DNA of 63,044 nt, the filler included, from Lenisia limosa (taxonomy: Eukaryota; Protista; Breviatea), in the NCBI GenBank assembly GCA_001655205.1. It is 11 parts of 11 records of this genome, joined end to end, with 100 filler letters (N's around TTAATTAATTAA, not from the genome) between each part and the next. Parts side by side here need not be neighbours in the genome. Positions count along the whole stretch, not along the records: positions 10,964 to 18,880 come from LPNZ01004795.1; positions 18,981 to 32,899 come from LPNZ01008623.1; 9 more parts are not named here. One strand, written 5' to 3'. The position numbers and the translations under genes were made by a program. Within the stretch, counting starts at the first letter, position 1. Every line of letters starts with the position of its first letter. The notes under the pieces are model-generated. The model did not search any database, was not told the DNA's origin, and worked only from the letters and a program-made list of their open reading frames with translations. Positions 15,815 through 26,728 of the stretch are shown one piece after another.

Positions 15815-18782
15815 AAATGGGAAATTTTATGAAACTAAAAACAAGGAGCCCAAATCAAATCTGTTGGCTGACAACAAATGAACAACAAAACCGCATCCGG
15901 TTATTTAATAATAATAAAATAAGTCTCTATTGGAACAGATCATAAATTGAAAAAGCCTCTATTGAATAATCATTTTTACGAACTAATTTCGGCATACAAA
16001 ATCCCCCCAATCCCCCACCTCCTTCATCAGGGTCTGCTTGAGATGTTCCGGGAGGGGTCGAACGCCAGGCATGTTTGGCGAAACCGTCAGATGTGGTATG
16101 AATGGCTCGAGGTAGTACTTGTAGCCTCCTTCTTTGGTCTTCTGCTGATTGTATTGCAGGCTGATAGAGAGTAAGAGCCGTGGTAAAAAAAGCGTGATAT
16201 ATACACATATGTTATTTAGCAATGAGAGAAAAAAAAAATAAGGTTGTATCNNNNNNNNNNNNNNNNNNNNNNNNNNNNNNNNNNNNNNNNNNNNNNNNNN
16301 NNNNNNNNNNNNNNNNNNNNNNNNNNNNNNAAATATCGATATTTATCGAGAGTTATCGTAACAACAGGGACTGTTTGCACCCCTGGCACCCACCCGAATT
16401 GATGCATGACCTTTGCCGCATGTCTCAGAAGAGCCCTTTCTTCAGGTTTCAAAATGGACGCTGTAACCTGCAAGATCAACGGCTATGCGGGGTTGATTTT
16501 TTTCGAACCGAAGTGAAGCTCTATTGATATCATATCGGCCAAATAGTTTGACGGGATTTATCTCGTTAAAGCACATCGGGTGGATTTCTAAATATGATAT
16601 AATATATACAATTCGGCAAAATTCAGTGGAATTCAACTATGAGCAAGCTTCACGCAAAACCCCGTTTAATCTTGGGATACAACAATAATACAAAGGGATA
16701 CGCTGAAACAAAATTACACCATACCTTTGCGTCTGAACCTCATTCAATTATTCATGTAGTGTATTTCTCCCTCCCACGTTTCTGACAGCAGGCGAGATCT
16801 CTCGGATCACAGTGTAGAGGTGTGTGGGTAAGGAGTCGCCCGAATAGATGTTCTCTGCAAGGTAATTGGAAAAATAATGAAACAAAAAAAGCCCAAAATT
16901 AACTCTGTTGGCTGACAACACACGAGGGTTGATACAAACAAACAAAGCCTAAGCCAGAGTGGGGGGCTTTTTAGGTTTGTAATAAATTCCCGGGTATTGG
17001 CATGATGGTGTGGAGTGGACGTCTTCACTTCGGTTCGAAAAAAGACTGAATTTCTCGATAATTCCTCGAAAACTATCGATATTTTACCGGTTATTTCTGA
17101 ACCGAAGTGAAGCCCAAGGTGTGTATTACTACTCCGATCTAGTGATCACACTTACCCCCCCCCCCCNNNNNNNNNNNNNNNNNNNNNNNNNNNNNNNNNN
17201 NNNNNNNNNNNNNNNNNNNNNNNNNNNNNNNNNNNNNNNNNNNNNNNNNNNNNNNNNNNNNNNNNNNNNCGACTAAAAGAGTGAATTGATGTTTTCTAAA
17301 TTTATACTTGTAATAATCAATATTCTAATTACAGTATCTCTGATAAGCATGATGCTATGGATCATATTCCAAAAGCCCACAGTTTTGCCGAGAGACGGGA
17401 AGGTGAACTTTGGAGGAACCGCGACCGCACAGCAGAGATGCGTAGTCAAAATGGCTAAGTCCTGGTATGGCAGCAGCGAGTAGTTCTGAGTGGTGAGAAG
17501 CACCGAGTAAATGACTGTTAAAAGGCAAAGGGGGCACTGTTGACAAAAGATAACGCTCAATTATCAATGTTAGGACTTATCGCGGTCAATGTATCTCATA
17601 GAGATAGTCAATTGTTTGGGACCTCAGCGAAGGATAATTTATAAATGCTGTTTTTATTAGGATGGTATGTCGGGGGGGNNNNNNNNNNNNNNNNNNNNNN
17701 NNNNNNNNNNNNNNNNNNNNNNNNNNNNNNNNNNNNNNNNNNNNNNNNNNNNNNNNNNNNNNNNNNNNNNNCTTTTCCGACACGTTGATGCAAGAGATGA
17801 CTGCCGAGCATTTCAATGGACTGGGAAGTGAAAAGAATCGTTTATATTGTAGTGCCCTCAATACCTCCTTGCCCCTGAGCAGAGTATTGCCTCCCCAAGT
17901 ATAGAGGCCTTCTTTTCAGATAGTATAGGGTTGTATACACTGTGACCTGGATAAGTCTTGACCGATTTTCCTTGGGAAATCACATAGCAATTCGGCCAAG
18001 ACTTATCACGGTCAGTAGAATTGTCTATAGGACTATACGTAGAGATAAGAAATAAACATACTAGGTGTATTTGGCCGAAGCCGTCCAAACTATCACGCTT
18101 ATTAAGAAATCTGATATTGGATTAAAGTAGTAATAATTCACCCAGTTTATTGCCTCCGAAGCATATTCATCCACCCAATCATTTTCCTTGGATCGTAGCA
18201 AATATATATATCATATACTACTACTATATCTAGCAATGAGACATAAAAATAAAGGTGTGTCTTCCCGAAGCCGTCCACGCCGTCGGAGTATTGGATTATA
18301 GTATTATAATTAATTCACCCAATCATTTGCCTTACAACTCTGTGCACACAGCTTTCTGCATGCCTCGAAATATTACAGTTTTAGTAGTATTATAATAATT
18401 GGTGATATTTGAATATCCCTCCCTACCTTCTTCTTTCCAGGGTCATGGTACTGAACTTCAATAGCCAACTCCGTCAATTGCTCACATAGTCGGTCCGTGT
18501 CTACAAGGTGAGGAGGGATGAGAGGTGAAGGGATTGTGTTTTTTGATAGGGACGAGATTTAGTCTTTATTTATTGTAATTTGTTTATGGTTTCCCTCCCC
18601 CAATGATTGATTTTGCATCCAGAGGTTTGTATACCACATGTACAATGTATATTTTACAAATACTGGCCCCAAAAAAGCTCACCAGCAGTGCGCACTGCGC
18701 GCGAAATGGCGTCAAACCAAGGCGCCACGACGTCGTGCTCTTTGTAAGTTTGGAAGATCAGCTTCCACATGTCAAACATCGA
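13646..18782 (-). CDS. CTF18: CTF18 (RFC-like clamp loader large subunit), C-terminal half
   Basis: Exons SMFDMWKLIFQ, EISPAVRN|VTASILKPEERALLRHAAKVMHQFG|LQYNQQKTKEGGYKYYLEP..LKQTLMKE, KVKRDFFGQII and terminal VYFKFNEGLTNAVRRRLKMSHFL* match the order and the C-terminal motif of Ctf18. Confidence 0.9.
13720..13915 (+). repeat. Dispersed repeat family D/E (GGGGTAAAATTGGAAAATTTATGAAACAAAAAAAGCCCAAATCAACTCTGTTGGCTGACAAC...; AATCACGAACCGAATAATCTGAAACTCC)
   Basis: Similar copies at about 2307-2450, 6060-6140(-), 7375-7465, 15060-15300, 15810-15890, 16860-16950, 24050-24135(-), 25975-26130(-), 43535-43630 and 51175-51280(-). No TIR or TSD identified. Confidence 0.85.
18228..18400 (+). repeat. Dispersed repeat family C (~190 bp; TAGCAATGAGAAATAAAAATAAGGTTGTATCTGGCCGAAGCCGTCCACACCATCACGCTTATAAGAG...)
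   Basis: Copies at about 143-240, 5250-5330(-), 14215-14270, 14330-14430(-), 18040-18150, 19240-19340(-), 22900-23020(-), 23636-23705, 27255-27430(-), 28590-28640, 42608-42710 and 43850-43910(-). Confidence 0.85.
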
Positions 18783-18980
18783 CTAAGTGGTAAGAATCAA
18801 ATGTAGGGCTTCCATATGGTCCGAAAAGCACCCCCCACCATACATTCTCTCTTCACCACATTTTCTCTCTCCATCACCCCNNNNNNNNNNNNNNNNNNNN
18901 NNNNNNNNNNNNNNNNNNNNNNNNTTAATTAATTAANNNNNNNNNNNNNNNNNNNNNNNNNNNNNNNNNNNNNNNNNNNN

Positions 18981-21900
18981 GGCCACATCGCATCCCCCCC
19001 GACAAGTCGCCTCAAATGTGTTCCCGAAGAGGGGTGGACCAACTACCCCAATTGCCGTGAATGTTGGATGGGTTTTCACTTCCGTTCGAAAAAAGACTGT
19101 ATTTCTCGATAAATCCTCAAAAACTCTCGATATTTAACCGGTATTTTTTGAGCCGGAGTGAAGCCCTAGGGGGGGGGGTAGATGGAATGTGGGTCCGCTT
19201 TCATTGTCCCCTGTGCTGATATTTCAATTGTGTGTGGATAGAGTTGTAAGGCAAATGATTGGGTGAATTAAATTTTTTACTATAATCCAATATCTCTTGT
19301 ATTCGGCCAGATACAACCTTATTTTTTTTATATCTCATTGATAGATAAAGGATGAAATTTGCCAGTTCAACAATTTTCACGGAAGTACCCATTTGTAGAC
19401 TGTCTCAATTTCAGTGGAGACCCCGATTCTAACCCCCCCCCCAGCGCGCATTTTTGCGTGTGGTACCAATGTGTACCGACAGAAGACGTCGTCCTTCATC
19501 GACACGCAAAACATGACAATCGCCACGTCTCTGATGGCTAATTCCACCGTCTCTCTCATTTCCCCTCGAAAAGACGGGCTTTGTCTTGTTAGTATTCGTA
19601 GGAGGGTTCATGGCGTATTAATCACTTTTTCAGTGTTATCAGCATAGTGAATACATATTATACATGTATATAGTATGCTAAAGTGTAATAAATGCTCATA
19701 TACATAATATAAGTACCTTCAAGATTGTCCTCCTGAAGGCTCTTTTTTAATTGAGTCTGATGATAGGGGGAGGGGTGATTGATTCAGACTCATTTCTAGG
19801 GCTCCGTGCAATTATTTAATTGACAAAATTTGAAATTAAAGTGTCTGAAAAGGGGTTCTGGTTGCACTATGTCCACTTCAAATTGTGCAATTAATTTTTC
19901 AATTTAGTGCACGGAGCTCATTTCTAACACCGCAGATGGCCACCTTTTTTGCGCAGGCGACAATGAAAATGGTGCCAATGGGTCTGGTACGGATAGTGAG
20001 TACCCGGGCACCCTTGTTCAGGTCTTCCCGTCCCCCGTCTTGGTGGAGGGTGAGGTTGTCCTCAAAATCTCGTCCCTGCAATACTCGACAATTTTCATCA
20101 CATGTTAGCTGGGCTAATCTATCAAGGATTGTCGGCTAATATTGTTGTTTACAAGCCCAATGCTTCCACAAAATAATCCTGATCTTTAAACCAGGAGCAA
20201 CAACCATCTCCAACTAGGGCTTCACTTCGGTTCGAAAAAGACTGAATTTCTCGATCAATCTTCGAATATTATCGATATTTCCGCGGTTTTTTCGAAACGA
20301 ACTGAAGCCCTATCCCCAACCATCTCTCGTTAACCCTCCACAGCGAGCCAGCGAGTGTACTGTTTTGGTCTCAACGATTTGGGGCAGTGTCTGTTGAGTC
20401 GTCAGAGCCCATCAATCCAACGCCCAGCTAAGGTGAAGGGGGCTTATCTAAAAAGGGGATGGCATCGTCTGAAGTTAAAAAATAAAAAGTGATAAAAGTG
20501 GTATCTTTATGAACAAAATTAAAAAATAAAAGGTTATTTTTTGCAAACACAGACGTTTTTTTAAAGAGCCGCCCCATTTTTAGACAGGCCGTGGAGGGGT
20601 GTGTGGTTCTAGTGTTTATGTGGTATGATTGTGAAGTAGGGCTTCACTTCAGCTCGAAAAAAGACTGAATTTCTACTCTTTTTATAAGATGGTTTATCTT
20701 GCCATATATAGTTCTTTTTTAAAATCCCCATTATTTTACATGGTATTCAATTTTATCATCTCGTATGTAATTAGTGACTTTGCTATTAATCTGCTCTCAC
20801 ACATCCTTTTTATGTTACTAAGCTGACATTGTAAAAGTTGAGCAACAGGTCGTTGTGTTTTTTCATCCCCCCCCCCCCCNNNNNNNNNNNNNNNNNNNNN
20901 NNNNNNNNNNNNNNNNNNNNNNNNNNNNNNNNNNNNNNNNNNNNNNNNNNNNNNNNNNACTTACAATTTAACGCTTGTCTTGTCATCGCTGTCCTTTGAA
21001 ACGACCACTCTAAACCAGACACAAACTAAATTAACCGTTGCTCCTTGATGGGCCAGAGATGAAACGTGAAAACAATGAGCCCCCAAGTTGGTCTGTTCCG
21101 AGATGACAAAATATTAACATCGCATGAAAGCTAACAATCGTCGTCAAAAAACTAGCAACCATATAGAAGTCAACCAAAAAAAACATTTAGTATAAGGTCG
21201 GGGGTATGAGGTAACCTGGAGCACGACGAAAACGGGTTCCTTCCAACAAGGGCTTCTTTTGATCATTGAACAAGAATATTACGCAATCGTAGCTGGGAAA
21301 ATATAATAGTATTTTTTTATTATTTTGTTTGCATTTATCATATTTAATATTTCCAAAAGGAAAAGAACCAGTACAGAGCCAGCGTCAACTGCGGCGGGCT
21401 CATTTTGGTTCGCGTTCTGTTCGACCTGTTCATCAATCAATTAGTTCAACAAAGAGAGGCAAGAACAATGAATTCTAAGTAATTGAGCTTACAACGCCAG
21501 CGTCAACTCTGGCGGGCTCCTAGTTCGCGCTCTGTTCGATCTGTTCATCAATCAATTAGGTCGCAAGGGCTCGATAAGGCACCATGTCAGCGTCGTTGGG
21601 CGATTGAGGCTAAGAAATCAGAAGAAACCCTGGGGGGGGAGGGGCTCACCTTCACATACTGGCTTTGGAGGATGCGCTGCTGCCAGCGTGCCCCCTCCCC
21701 CGCTCAATTCAGCTGGATTGAAGACGTAGGCCTGGAGGCTGGCGGGTGGAAGCAACTCCAGGACAAGGCTTAGTAAAAAACAAAGAAAACAGAAAAGGAT
21801 AGTGACAGAATGTTGGGGATTCTATCCTGAGTCAACAAGAAAATCAAGAGGTTACTCGAGTTAATTACCCTAGCATAAGAGTTTTCAGTCTGTATACGTA

Positions 21901-24721
21901 CCCATCCTAACAGAATGGAGTCAGACACATGGAAGTTGTTATACATTGACGTGTCGCTGCCAGGCTCAGCATCGCCAGGAAACTAGATGCGATTAGAATT
22001 CAGAAGAAGGGCAAAATAAAAAAGAGGACGATGCGAGGGAGTGGGCGATGGGGGTTGGAATATTTTCCCGTTTCTTTGTTTTTCGATTCGTGACGGTTAA
22101 CTAATTCTATATCTGGTTGTAGCTAGGCATCACTTCGGTTCGAAAAAGACTGGTACAATATCGGTATTTATCGAGGATTTATCGAGAAATTCAGTCTTTT
22201 TTTTAACCGAAGTGAAGCCCAAATTGTAGCTAATCCTTCAGATCCGCCTGCCCGCCAAGAAGACACCGGTGGAGGTCATTGCGATGCAGGAGTCTTCTAT
22301 TGTCCTAATGAGTTTGAGGGGCGAAATCAGAAACAAGCAAGTCATCGAAATAAGAACTATTTTGTTCGGAGATCTCAATACTATGTGGTATGTTTTTTTT
22401 TTACTTTAGTTTTAGCCACAGAGTAGATTCGGGGTTTTTTTTTAAAAAAAATATTTCATAAATTTCCTTGACCCNNNNNNNNNNNNNNNNNNNNNNNNNN
22501 NNNNNNNNNNNNNNNNNNNNNNNNNNNNNNNNNNNNNNNNNNNNNNNNNNNNNNNNNNNNNNNNNNNNNNNNNNNNNNNNNNNNNNNNNNNNNNNNNNNN
22601 NNNNNNNNNNNNNNNNNNNNNNNNNNNNNNNNNNNNNNNNNNNNNNNNNNNNNNNNNNNNNNNNNNNNNNNNNNNNNNNNNNNNNNNNNNNNNNNNNNNN
22701 NNNNNNNNNNNNNNNNNNNNNNNNNNNNNNNNNNNNNNNACCTAGGTGTGGAGTCCATGTTCCTGGCACCTCGCACGCTCCAGTCCTCAATGGAGTCCAA
22801 AGCAATAAAGTGAGACTTTGGAAATATACGTGTACAGTGACCGGTATAAGTCTGACCGATACCCCTTGGGAAATCAAAGAGCAAATCGGCGTGCACAGAT
22901 TTATAAGGCAAATGATTGGATATACATGTACATATATACTATAATCCAATATCTCTTGTATGCGTGATGGAGTGGACAGCTTCGGCCAGATAAAACCTTT
23001 TTTTTCTTCTCATTTCTAGATATCATATTAAGAAGCTGTTGTCAAATCGATCAAATACAAGAGTTGTTCATGTTTTATTTCGGTGTCATTTGAGTGGACT
23101 TCTAACCCAATAGATTTGGCCATTGTGCGGGTTCCACTTTAGTGGTAATTGATGGTAGGATGGTTTCTGGAGTTTTGTGAATAGTAGAGGGGGGGGGGGC
23201 AAGCAGTTTTGTTCNNNNNNNNNNNNNNNNNNNNNNNNNNNNNNNNNNNNNNNNNNNNNNNNNNNNNNNNNNNNNNNNNCTCGTCTCCTTCTTTCATTAT
23301 GTTGCAGGAGATAGTATTATATTTATGATTTTGGTGAGGAAGATTAAGATGGTTCTGACACAGAATTATGATGTGATTAAGGGTTTATTAATTACATTTA
23401 ATTTCACCAGTGATTAGTTATTTAATTAAAACAAGAAAGATTAAAGATTTGTCAACAATGCCAGCGATTAACACCATGCAGACGAGCAATCCGCCTTCAT
23501 TAGAGGCCGAAATGACTTCAATCAGCTGTGCAAGTCTGACATATCTGTTGTCACCGAATTCCACAAAGTGAGTCCTTGAGGGACTGTGGACTTCTGCTTC
23601 ATTATTTTTCCTCTTTGAGTTGATCATAATATATAATGTAGCAATGAGAAATAAAAAATAAGGTTGTATCAGGCCGAAGCCGTCCACGCCATCACGCTTA
23701 TAAGACCATAATAATAGCCTTTAAATTCTGAGAAAAGTGCCAGTATTGCCTCATGATCAGGTGGCGCATAAGGCCCTTCGGTACAACATTATGGACGCCG
23801 CGTGCACGGAAGACAATTGCGCTTTCCTGTCATGTGGGCTTTATAAAAAATCATATATCTCAAAAGGTTTGTAGTGCATATCGATGCGTACATCGATTTG
23901 ACATACTCTACATGTAAATGCTCTCTTTGGGGCTTTTAAGGGTGATTTGTACAAGACATGTATAGTGTGTATATGTTTTAAAAATAAATTCTAAATTCGA
24001 TTGTTTTCGAAAAGCACAGAATCAAAGAATGTAGTGCTGAAGCGACTGGCTGGGCTTTATTTTGTTGTTTTCAACCCTTCTGTGTTTCTAGTTAACAGAG
24101 TTGATTTTTGTCGTTTCAATTTTGCATTTTTACACCCCACCCCCCACCCCCATTGACACAACAGTGGACGGACATGTTCTAATGTGCGGGAGGAAGGAGG
24201 GTATTTCAGCGGAACATGAGGTTTGTTACTTCAAATACATGATAAACTTGAACTTGGAATGTTACTCGTGTATTATATCTTTGATGTTGAGCAACGATGG
24301 AGAAATTGCTCTAATATGTATCTCATAACATATACTTTGAGCTTCCATCGATATTTTTCAATAATTTATCGAGAAATTCAGTCTCATTTGGGACCATTGG
24401 GAAGCCCTACATCTACTATTATATGTATATCGATATATATTAGTTTAATCTAGGAATACAAATGAAACATTGGTTATTAATGGGGGCTTCCATCCGAAAA
24501 AGACCTGTAAAATATCGAATATTTTTGAGAGTTTTTTTCGAAATTTTCTACCTCTTCCAGATCGAAGTAAATTCTAGTTCTTATTGTTATTGTTATTTAA
24601 TAATATCCTCTCCAGGAACACGAATTTGTTCCGACGGATGTGACAAGTCGAGTGGCAAATTGTCCCGTAGGATCAGTATCCAGTATACAGGCCTCGCCGT
24701 CGTCGCTGTTCTTCACTTCAA
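18981..24721 (+). CDS. RCC1/BLIP-II-like repeat protein (fragmentary model)
   Basis: Exons DGHLFCAGDNENGANG, SQRVYCFGLNDLGQCL..QRPAK|IRLPAKKTPVEVIAMQESSIVL, FIRGRNDFNQLC, IMDAACTEDNCAFLS and DGHVLMCGRKEG resemble RCC1 repeats. Confidence 0.65.
20215..20312. mobile_element. hAT-type MITE (~99 bp)
   Basis: TIR TAGGGCTTCACTTCGGTTCGAAAAAGAC; flanks TCTCCAAC / TCCCCAAC (8-bp TSD, 1 mismatch). Confidence 0.9.
20960..21975 (-). CDS. Putative small multi-exon gene nested antisense in an intron of the RCC1-like gene
   Basis: Minus-strand GT-AG exons, e.g. MYNNFHVSDSILLGW|gtacgt, LVLELLPPASLQAYVFNPAEL..SQYVK|gtgagc and VEQNANQNEPAAVDAGS. The model needs one weak donor. Confidence 0.35.
22124..22222. 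mobile_element. hAT-type MITE
   Basis: Same TIRs; flanks GTTGTAGC / ATTGTAGC. Confidence 0.88.
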
Positions 24722-24837
24722 GTGGGAGGGGAACTGCGTTTCTTATTGTATTATTCGCGTTTGTTGCTTTGTCGTTTGTTCTTTAGCTATATCTCTTTTT
24801 CTCTTTTGTTCAACTCTCTCAAATGTTTAGTCATCAG

Positions 24838-24936
24838 TAGGGCTTCACTTTGGTTCAAAAAAACCGGTAAAATATCGATGGTTTTCGAAGATTTATCGAG
24901 AAATTTTGTCTTTTTTGGAACCAAAGTGAAGCCCAA
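24838..24936. mobile_element. hAT-type MITE, 99 bp, perfect 8-bp TSD
   Basis: GTCATCAG|TAGGGCTTCACTTTGGTTC...GAACCAAAGTGAAGCCCAA|GTCATCAG. Further family copies at about 245-333, 1964-2059, 4405-4502, 5119-5215, 5512-5615, 8528-8628, 11005-11084, 11915-12011, 15470-15596, 17016-17117, 19068-19168, 27654-27752, 28282-28370, 32642-32739, 44740-44838, 61783-61878 and 62043-62130. Confidence 0.93.
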
Positions 24937-25774
24937 GTCATCAGGGTTGATTATGGGGCTGTTTCTATTTTGCTTCTTAATTTTCCATTAACAACTCCCC
25001 CCCCTTATGTTCTCTCAAATGTTTAATCGATAATAAAAAAAAAATCATTTAACCCCCCCCCGTACGCTGGGGAGTAAATGAGATGCGGTGCCGCAGAAGC
25101 GACTGGCCTGGACTTTGTTTGTTTTGTNNNNNNNNNNNNNNNNNNNNNNNNNNNNNNNNNNNNNNNNNNNNNNNNNNNNNNNNNNNNNNNNNNNNNNNNG
25201 CTTTGTTTTTGTTTCATAACTTTAATTTACTCCCCCCCCCCCAGCGTGTGACCCTTCATTAGTGCTCGGTCTGGCCTCAACGCCTCAAGACCATAAATGC
25301 GGCCCTTTACGACCTGGCGTGGTGGGAGGAGAGGGGGGGGGGTGGAGTTGAAGGAAATTTCGATGAATAATATTGGTGTAAATCACTGAAGAGTGTTGGC
25401 GTAAAGGTACTATTCACTAATGTAAAACTTTGGGGTGTTGACGGAAATTTCGCAAAACGAAGGAAATTTCGGTGAATATTGGCGTAAAGGTAATAATCAC
25501 GAACCGAAAATCTGAAACTGGGGGGAGGGGTGGAGTAAAACTAGGGAAGTTTCGATGGAGAATATTGGATAATACAGCATCGAGGAGATAAACAATCAAA
25601 AATGGAGAGGGAGAAATAAGCAGTCCGCGCGGCCGGATATGTATTATTTTTCCCCACTCCATTTTTGATTCTCTCCTCGATGCTGTATTATCCACTTGTC
25701 AAAGAGTATGAGTTAAAGATTGCAGATAGCAATTTAGAGAGTATTGTTGAATAGAAGAACATAATAATCAGCTG

Positions 25775-25980
25775 GCCTGGGGTTTGTTTGTTGGAGTGAT
25801 GGGATGCGGTGCTTCAGAAGCGACTTGCCTGGGCTTTGCTTGTTGGAGTGGTGGGATGCGGTGTTGCAGAAGCGACTTGCCTGAGCTTTGCTTGTTGGAG
25901 GGTGGGATGCGGTGCTTCAAAAGCGACTTACCTGGGCTTCGTTTGTTGGAGTGATGGGATGCGGAGCTCCTGGGCTTTGT
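25775..25980. repeat. 52-bp tandem repeat, about 4 copies (sub-unit of family D)
   Basis: Unit gcctgggctttgcttgttggagtggtgggatgcggtgcttcagaagcgactt; single copies at about 25080-25125 and 62745-62760. Confidence 0.9.
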
Positions 25981-26728
25981 TTGCTTTGTTTTCAACCCTC
26001 TTTTTTCTCACAGTTATCAGTTAATTCGGGGGGCTTGTCAACCGGTTTTTGTCTAGTTTCTGTGTTGGTTGCTCGTGTTTGTTAGGGCTTGTTTTTTGTT
26101 TGTTTGGAGTTTCATATAATATTGTTCCCAATACGGCCGCGCGGACTGCCCTCTTTTTATTTTTCGCTAGATTTCTGCAGGCTCGCCGATTCCTCGCACA
26201 AAACTTGGACAAGAAAAAGCCAGAAAAATGTTTTAAGCTTTTCTGCAAGGAATCGTCGAGGCTGTAGAAAACTTGCGAATGAAAAGAGGGGCCCATGTTG
26301 AGGGGAAATATTCTGTATCCGCCTTGTGGCCATCATTATCCATCTTTAGGAACTCTCTTCGTATCAAAAAAGGATGGGGAAATAAAGAGAGCATNNNNNN
26401 NNNNNNNNNNNNNNNNNNNNNNNNNNNNNNNNNNNNNNNNNNNNNNNNNNNNNNNNNNNNNNNNNNNNNNNNNNNNNNNNNNTGGATGTTATCTATTCCT
26501 ATGTAGCCCAGCCTAGACTGTAGCGTTTCTCTATATTATTCAATGTTTCCCCCTTTTCCATTATTCCTTTCCATCCCCACTTAACTTATCATCTCCCTTT
26601 TAAAAAAAGGAGAGTTTGCAAGCCCTTGATAAAATCACAGAAAATAGATACTGTTACACAATAATTTAAGGACAACACATAGAATTAGTTTTTGGGTCCA
26701 TACAAACAGGGAAGGAGGAAGGAGGGTC

